NCBI GenBank assembly: GCA_965231765.1
Contig: OZ246887.1
Location: forward strand, 5,203,823 to 5,267,822
Length of the DNA stretch: 64,000 nt
Direction: 5' to 3'
DNA from: Candidatus Binatia bacterium
GTDB lineage: Bacteria; Desulfobacterota; Binatia; Bin18
Positions 58,444 through 64,000 of this stretch are shown here, in pieces. Position 1 is the stretch's first letter, and every line of letters starts with the position of its first letter. The notes beneath the pieces are model-generated. The model saw nothing but the letters and a program-made list of their open reading frames with translations. It made no database searches and was not told where the DNA came from. A program made the position numbers and the translations under genes.

Positions 58444-60414
58444 TTAAAAAAACTGTCCGACGCTGAAATGGACCTGTACCGGAGCATCGCCAGACGGAGG
58501 ATTAAAGGGAAAGCCGAGATACAGCTGAAGCGGACCGAGCGGGGTGTCATAGCCCACACCAAAACCGGTTGAAAACTGCAAGTCATCAATTGGAACGTCA
58601 TGCGCTTGGGTGGAAACCTGACCAAAGTCGAAGAACACAGTCCCACTGACCCCCTTCCAGACTGGCCGCCTGAGTTCTACCGAGCCTTCCATACGGCCCA
58701 GCCCGCCGAGGGGATCGTCGGCACTGCTGATCGGTCCCAACCGATGCCGTCCATACCCCCGTACGCCCTTCTCGCCGCCAGCATACAAGCGCTCAAAAAT
58801 AGGCAAGTTGGTCTGTTTGCCAAGCGCATCGGCAATACTGAGTTTCACACGTCCAGCCAGGACGGTCTGCCAGCCAATAGAATGATATTTTTTGGCTTCA
58901 GTGGTAACAGTATAAAATTTATAATCCCCACCCCAAAATTTGCCAATTTGGTCAGCAGTGAGGGACAGAATAGTCCCGTACTGGGGGGTAAGAGGGTCTT
59001 CGGTCGTATCCCAAATGAGCCCGGAGGTTAGGCCAGATACAAAGCCCTCACGTTTAATCCCGCCAATTTCACGGATCGTTGCAGAGGACAAGTTATTGAG
59101 TTTTACAAATTCAAACCGGTAGCCGAGAAAGCCAGACAATTGTGGGCTCAAATGATGTTCCAGCCGGGGCCGTAAGCGGCTGAAGTTCAACAGATACGTC
59201 TCTTCATCTTCTTGGCCTTGAGTCAGATCAATAATCACTTGAGAGCGTTTGGTCGGGAAATACGGTTGCACAAACTGCGCGCCGAGCGAACGGGTAATAG
59301 GGGAAAAGGTCAAGAGCGCAGACAGGCGTCGGCCACCGCCAAACCAATTCCGATTATGCCACTCGAACAGGCCTCGAAACTGATCTTCGGTCCCGAAACC
59401 CAAGCCGACCTTTATATCCCGGGGCTCGTCTTCTTCGACCCGGATTCGCATGGGGACATCTGCCGGGTGCCCATCTGCAGGAGCTGGCGTGATCTGGACT
59501 GAATGAAACAAGCCGAGGTCTATGATTTTCGACCGCGAGGCTTTGAGTTGATCGAGCGAGAACTGCTCACCGGGCTGATAGGTGATTTCACGCGTGACCA
59601 ATTCAGGCGCAATCTGTTGTAAGCCTTCGATCTCGGTTGCACCAAAAACGGTTAACGGACCGGGAGCAACGCTATACTTCAGCTGAGCGACACCTTGGTC
59701 CACAATGACTTCTGCCCGGCGCTCGACCTCGGTCCAGCCATAGCCACGTTCCAGAAAAAATGCCTTGAGCTGTGCTTCGGCTGACTGGTAGCTGTCCTCT
59801 ACAAAGATATCCCCTTTTTGGAGGGGGAGACTTGCCTGGATTGCGGGTAATGCCGTCTTAAAAGCGGCTTGGGTAGCCATATTGGGCTGGGTGAGATCAC
59901 CGTTTGACCCATTTTCTTCCTTATGCTGACCCAGCACGATATCCACTTGAGCCACGCGTACGGGCTCACCTTCGCTGACCGTAATCAGTGCAGTCACAAG
60001 AGCCGCTTGTCTGTCGTTTTGGGCGAGTGTCTTCTGATTTGTTCCGGTTTGCCCGGCTTGAGAGGTAAGTTCATAGCTGACCGAGACGTCATAATAGCCA
60101 TGCGACTGATAGAAGCGGGTCAGGCGTTCCAGATCAGTCGCAAACGCGATCGGGTCCAGCAGCATATGTTTGCGCCATGGGGTATACCACGGGCGAATTT
60201 TTGCCGTCAGCGCACCTCGGAGATCGGCCTCGGTAAAGTTCGTATTACCGGAAAAGCTCAATTCTGCGAGGCGCCATTCCTTGGCTGGATCAAGATCGTC
60301 AAGGGTCAGGGCAAAAGCTGGGGGCGGGAGGACAAAGGAGAGAACGCATAGGAGACAGATGAGACATTGTTTCCTAACGGCGCATGAACGTACTGTTAAA
60401 CGAAAAGTTCGCAC
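58444..60414 (-). CDS. Omp85-family outer-membrane protein assembly factor (BamA/TamA-like)
   Basis: Signal peptide (RKQCLICLLCVLSFVLPPPAFA), POTRA-like repeats, and a C-terminal 16-strand barrel ending GFPFNPPSG...HFSVGQFF. There is no ATG before the signal peptide, so the start is placed at in-frame GTG 60414. The ORF is open to 60579 and the start is uncertain. Confidence 0.75.
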   Translation of the reverse strand: MRTFRLTVRSCAVRKQCLICLLCVLSFVLPPPAFALTLDDLDPAKEWRLAELSFSGNTNFTEADLRGALTAKIRPWYTPWRKHMLLDPIAFATDLERLTRFYQSHGYYDVSVSYELTSQAGQTGTNQKTLAQNDRQAALVTALITVSEGEPVRVAQVDIVLGQHKEENGSNGDLTQPNMATQAAFKTALPAIQASLPLQKGDIFVEDSYQSAEAQLKAFFLERGYGWTEVERRAEVIVDQGVAQLKYSVAPGPLTVFGATEIEGLQQIAPELVTREITYQPGEQFSLDQLKASRSKIIDLGLFHSVQITPAPADGHPADVPMRIRVEEDEPRDIKVGLGFGTEDQFRGLFEWHNRNWFGGGRRLSALLTFSPITRSLGAQFVQPYFPTKRSQVIIDLTQGQEDEETYLLNFSRLRPRLEHHLSPQLSGFLGYRFEFVKLNNLSSATIREIGGIKREGFVSGLTSGLIWDTTEDPLTPQYGTILSLTADQIGKFWGGDYKFYTVTTEAKKYHSIGWQTVLAGRVKLSIADALGKQTNLPIFERLYAGGEKGVRGYGRHRLGPISSADDPLGGLGRMEGSVELRRPVWKGVSGTVFFDFGQVSTQAHDVPIDDLQFSTGFGVGYDTPLGPLQLYLGFPFNPPSGDAPVQVHFSVGQFF

Positions 60415-60662
60415 GATTGCGGCACGCACAGTAGCTGGGAATCTCACCGTTGTAAAGCGTCTAAAAAGTCTCGCCCAGCGGCCATAGCTGGTGAGCGAGT
60501 ACAAGCCAAAAGCAGAACCATTCTGATTTGCTGTAGTCTTCTCCGTGTGTGTCGAGATGCTCAAGTTGCAGATGCTCAAGTCCCGCGCCTCGCTGGTCCA
60601 GTTTCACCAAGCCTATCGATAGCTGGTTGTATCTTGCTACAATGGCGGTGGAGGATGCAGGT

Positions 60663-62378
60663 ATGGAAGCATGTATGCAACTTGGGGATTTTCTGGTGGC
60701 GTATCTGCGCAAGCTTGGGGTGAGCCATCTGTTTGGCATTCCGGGCGATCTGGTCATTCAGCTGTTCATGAAGTTTGGTAAGCCGCAGGGGATGAAGGTC
60801 ATTACCTTTTCTCATGAACCCGGGGCTGGCTTTGCCGTTGATGGGTATGCCCGAGGAACCGGAGAGCTTGGCGTGCTGTGTGTGACGTATGGCGCGGGTG
60901 GGCTGAATGTCGTGAATGCCGTTGCTGGCTCCTATTCTGAGCGTGTACCGGTCTTGGTGATAAGCGGCGGGCCAGGTGAGGAAAAACGCAAGCTCGACAT
61001 TCTGGTCCACCACCAAGCCAAAGAAATTGAATCGCAGTTCCGCGTCTTTAACGAAATTACCTGCGCGGCCAAGATCATTGATAATCCACAGACGGCGGTT
61101 GAAGATATTAACCACGTGTTACAAGAGATCTGGGAGCATCAACAGCCAGGCTATATTGAGATTCATCAAGATATGGTCGAGCAGGAAATCACCGTCCCGC
61201 CACACATCCTGGCTTGGAATCCTGAGATGATTGAGACCTGGGGCGGGTTTTTTCCACAGCCGATTTCTGATGATAAAAAGCTGGCTGAAGCTGCGCGCGA
61301 TACCGTCGAGCGATTTAAGGACGCAGACAAACCGTTCATTATCATCGGGATTGAAACGTTTCGGATGCATCTGGCCGAGAAGGCGGTTGCCCTGGTTGAG
61401 AAAATGGGGGCACCGTGTGCCACGACGGTGTTGGCCAAAGGCGCGTTTCCTTCAGACCATCCCCAGTACATGGGCGTGGATATTGGTGCGCTTTCGCCAC
61501 AGGCGATTCGGAAACGGGTGGACGAGGCTGATCTGGTGCTCAACCTTGGGGCGCTGCTGACAGATATGAACCTGGGCTCTCAACTGCCTCTGCTGCCGCG
61601 TGAGAAACTTGTCTGGGCGTCCGATAATAAAGTTGATATCAGCCATCATACGTATACTGATGTTGTATTAAGCGATTATATTCAGGCGTTGCTTGATTCG
61701 CCCCTTAAGCAGCACCAAGAGACGGTCGCTTATCATGATAATCTGGCACCGCAGCCTCCTGGCATAGACCGTTCCATCACGGTCGCTGATATGCTGTGTG
61801 AGGTGAATGCTTTCTTGCATGCCAATCCCGACTATTTGGTTGTCGCTGAGGCAGGGGATATGTTGTTCGCCGGTCTTGATGTCAAGGTCGGCCATCAGGG
61901 CGGGTACTTGGCCCAAGGCTATTATGCCTCAATGGGGTTTGGCATCCCCGGTGCACTGGGAGCCCAGATCGGAACCGGCCAGCGGCCATTCATTTTATGT
62001 GGAGATGGCGCGTTTCAAATGACCGGTCCAGAAATCGCCCAGGCACCTCGACATGGACTCAATCCGATCGTCGTGTTGATGAATAACGGCGGCTGGGGAA
62101 TATTCCGGCCGGTGTCTGAACGTGAAGACTTGCTGGCTACGCCGCCGTGGCCATATGCTGAGCTTGCCGAGGCCTGGGGCGGGAAGGGCATACAAGTCAA
62201 AACGGTTGGCGAACTCCGGACGGCGCTCAAAGAGGCGGATACCATTTCGTCCTTTGTCATCATTGAAGTGATGGCTGATGCCCATGATCTGTCGCCGGTC
62301 ACCGTGAAGTATATTATGGCTTCAGTTGGGGAGAAGCCGTCAGCTGAGGAGCCTGAAGAGGGTGACGGGTTCCGATAA
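60663..62378 (+). CDS. thiamine-pyrophosphate-dependent alpha-keto-acid decarboxylase (indolepyruvate/pyruvate decarboxylase family)
   Basis: N-terminal Pyr domain LGDFLVAYLRKLGVSHLFGIPGD...GYARGTGELGVLCVTYGAGGLN. C-terminal PP domain GDGAFQMTGPEI...NNGGWG. Confidence 0.8.
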   Translation: MEACMQLGDFLVAYLRKLGVSHLFGIPGDLVIQLFMKFGKPQGMKVITFSHEPGAGFAVDGYARGTGELGVLCVTYGAGGLNVVNAVAGSYSERVPVLVISGGPGEEKRKLDILVHHQAKEIESQFRVFNEITCAAKIIDNPQTAVEDINHVLQEIWEHQQPGYIEIHQDMVEQEITVPPHILAWNPEMIETWGGFFPQPISDDKKLAEAARDTVERFKDADKPFIIIGIETFRMHLAEKAVALVEKMGAPCATTVLAKGAFPSDHPQYMGVDIGALSPQAIRKRVDEADLVLNLGALLTDMNLGSQLPLLPREKLVWASDNKVDISHHTYTDVVLSDYIQALLDSPLKQHQETVAYHDNLAPQPPGIDRSITVADMLCEVNAFLHANPDYLVVAEAGDMLFAGLDVKVGHQGGYLAQGYYASMGFGIPGALGAQIGTGQRPFILCGDGAFQMTGPEIAQAPRHGLNPIVVLMNNGGWGIFRPVSEREDLLATPPWPYAELAEAWGGKGIQVKTVGELRTALKEADTISSFVIIEVMADAHDLSPVTVKYIMASVGEKPSAEEPEEGDGFR

Positions 62379-62532
62379 ATTTCGGTTGCATCGGAAACAC
62401 CATTACGAACCGCTTTGATATTTTTACTTGACAAATAAGTCGTATTGCTTGTATTTGCGATGAGCGAAACTTAACAGAAAATTCTTGGAAGCAGTTTCTT
62501 CGGCCTTCTTTAGTCGGAGAAAGGAGGACGCT

Positions 62533-63957
62533 ATGTTGCACGATTCCAATACGGGGCGTGATTTTCCTCAGTCAGCCCCACCCGACCGCCCAATACAGAG
62601 GACTACGAACGGGACTGTGCATCCTGCTCATCCTGCTCCGCGTTTTCAGGTGTACACCGAACGCCATCTCGATCAGATTCCGCAGCTCGCTCGGCTTTCT
62701 GCCCAGCAGCGTTTTGACATGCGGGTGGTGGCCAATGTGCTCCCTTTTCGGGTCAATCAGTACGTCATTGAGCAGCTGATCGACTGGGACCGGGTGCCTG
62801 ACGATCCCATGTTTCAGTTAACCTTTCCCCAACAGGGGATGATTGCGCCCCAAGAGTTTTCCCGCATGGCTGACGCCCTCCGACGCGGAGCAGACCGAGC
62901 GGCTGTCCGCGCTGTGGCGGACAAAATTCGGATTGGACTGAATCCACACCCAGCCGGACAACAGCAAATGAACGTGCCTGAGCTTGGGAGTAAGGCGCTG
63001 CCAGGCATGCAGCATAAATATCGTGAGACGGTCTTGTTTTTTCCCAGTCAGGGCCAGACCTGCCACGCCTACTGCACGTTTTGTTTTCGCTGGGCACAAT
63101 TTGTGGGCAATCAAGAATTGCGTTTTGCCTCAAATGACGCTGGGCTGATGCATCAGTATTTAGCCGCTCATGCCCAGGTCAGCGATCTGCTGATGACTGG
63201 CGGTGACCCGATGGTGATGAAAACCCATCACATGGCCGACTACCTGTTGCCCTTACTTCATCCGGAGTTTGATCATATTCAGACGATCCGGATTGGGACC
63301 AAGGCGCTGACCTACTGGCCATACCGCTTTACGAGTGATGCCGATGCTGACGACATGCTGCGCCTGTTCGAGCGGCTGGTGGTTGGCGGGAAGCATGTGG
63401 CGCTCATGGCGCATTACAATCACTGGCGCGAGTTGGAGACACCACACGCCCGCAAGGCCATTCGACGGATTCAGGAGACTGGGGTGGTGATTCGTGGGCA
63501 GGGGCCCTTGTTGGCGCATATCAATGACGAGTCCGCCGTGTGGGCACGTCTATGGCGGACCCAGGTTCGTTTGGGGATCATTCCATACTACCTGTTTGTT
63601 GAACGGGATACCGGAGCCCGGCGCTACTTCGAAGTGCCATTGGTGAAAGCGTGGCAGATTTACCGCGAGGCGATGAGTCAGGTGTCTGGGTTAGCCCGAA
63701 CCGTGCGTGGGCCGTCGATGAGTGCCGGACCGGGCAAAGTTGAAATCCAAGGTGTGACAGAGATTGGTGGCGAACGGGTCTTCGTGCTGCGCTTCATTCA
63801 GGGCCGTAACGCAGATTGGGTCGAACGCCCATTCTTTGCCCGCTTTGATCCGACGGCGACCTGGCTTGATGGACTGCGGCCTGCTTTTGGCGAGGAGCAC
63901 TTCTTCTTTGAGGAGGAGTATCAGGCGATGCAGGCGCATGCCGTAGGCGGACACTAA
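62533..63957 (+). CDS. KamA-family radical SAM aminomutase (lysine 2,3-aminomutase-like)
   Basis: Cluster-binding CHAYCTFCFRW (CxxxCxxC), typical KamA N-terminal helical region, and PLP-binding region. AAGGAGGA precedes ATG 62533. Confidence 0.8.
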   Translation: MLHDSNTGRDFPQSAPPDRPIQRTTNGTVHPAHPAPRFQVYTERHLDQIPQLARLSAQQRFDMRVVANVLPFRVNQYVIEQLIDWDRVPDDPMFQLTFPQQGMIAPQEFSRMADALRRGADRAAVRAVADKIRIGLNPHPAGQQQMNVPELGSKALPGMQHKYRETVLFFPSQGQTCHAYCTFCFRWAQFVGNQELRFASNDAGLMHQYLAAHAQVSDLLMTGGDPMVMKTHHMADYLLPLLHPEFDHIQTIRIGTKALTYWPYRFTSDADADDMLRLFERLVVGGKHVALMAHYNHWRELETPHARKAIRRIQETGVVIRGQGPLLAHINDESAVWARLWRTQVRLGIIPYYLFVERDTGARRYFEVPLVKAWQIYREAMSQVSGLARTVRGPSMSAGPGKVEIQGVTEIGGERVFVLRFIQGRNADWVERPFFARFDPTATWLDGLRPAFGEEHFFFEEEYQAMQAHAVGGH

Positions 63958-64000
63958 AAGTAGGAATCGGCTACACCTTCAAGCTCAGGCTCTCCCTGTT

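Overview
GC-rich bacterial chromosomal window. TamA/TamB-type outer-membrane assembly genes indicate a diderm. The first ~20 kb is mostly housekeeping and accessory metabolism on both strands: quinone oxidoreductase (5' partial), ParA-like ATPase, ettA, methyltransferases, glutamate-synthase-like FMN protein, SprT-like protease, dapL, DmpA peptidase, pgm, orphan ABC ATPase, gluconolactonase, two tandem family-III CoA-transferases, MlaD-like protein, and a Tat-exported diheme cytochrome c followed by a cytochrome c'. From 20.3 to 29.2 kb there is a compact six-gene Ser/Thr-phospho-signalling cluster (vWA, Zn-ribbon-FHA, Zn-ribbon-pseudokinase-PP2C fusion, receptor Ser/Thr kinase, glycine-zipper-FHA, vWA-TM-FHA), followed by two convergent secreted/lipoprotein TPR-like genes. 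A tRNA-Leu(UAA) at 32.5 kb marks the start of an accessory island running to ~42.1 kb. The island holds a TIR-like (PF10137-type) protein, a Sel1-repeat protein, a frameshift-fragmented P-loop NTPase, a VapBC pair, and a HigB/HigA/SecB-like toxin-antitoxin-chaperone (TAC)-type module fused (ATGA overlap) to a HEPN/Abi_C-like gene. Imperfect ~225-350 bp direct repeats bracket the island's TA-rich half; each copy carries the 3' end of a large LRR surface protein gene. The intact LRR gene (930 aa) has near-identical 72-bp tandem LRR units, a PPC domain and two unrecognised tandem C-terminal domains. The rest of the window encodes an orphan solute-binding protein, a pentapeptide-repeat protein with strongly periodic DNA, dienelactone hydrolase, the rfbB-rfbA-rfbC dTDP-rhamnose genes, a DegT aminotransferase, the tamB/Omp85 pair, a TPP-dependent keto-acid decarboxylase and a KamA-family radical-SAM aminomutase. 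No CRISPR array, rRNA or canonical transposase was seen. The most likely novel content is the tRNA-adjacent defence/TA island: TIR-like protein, TAC plus HEPN four-gene arrangement, and the degraded NTPase bracketed by repeats.
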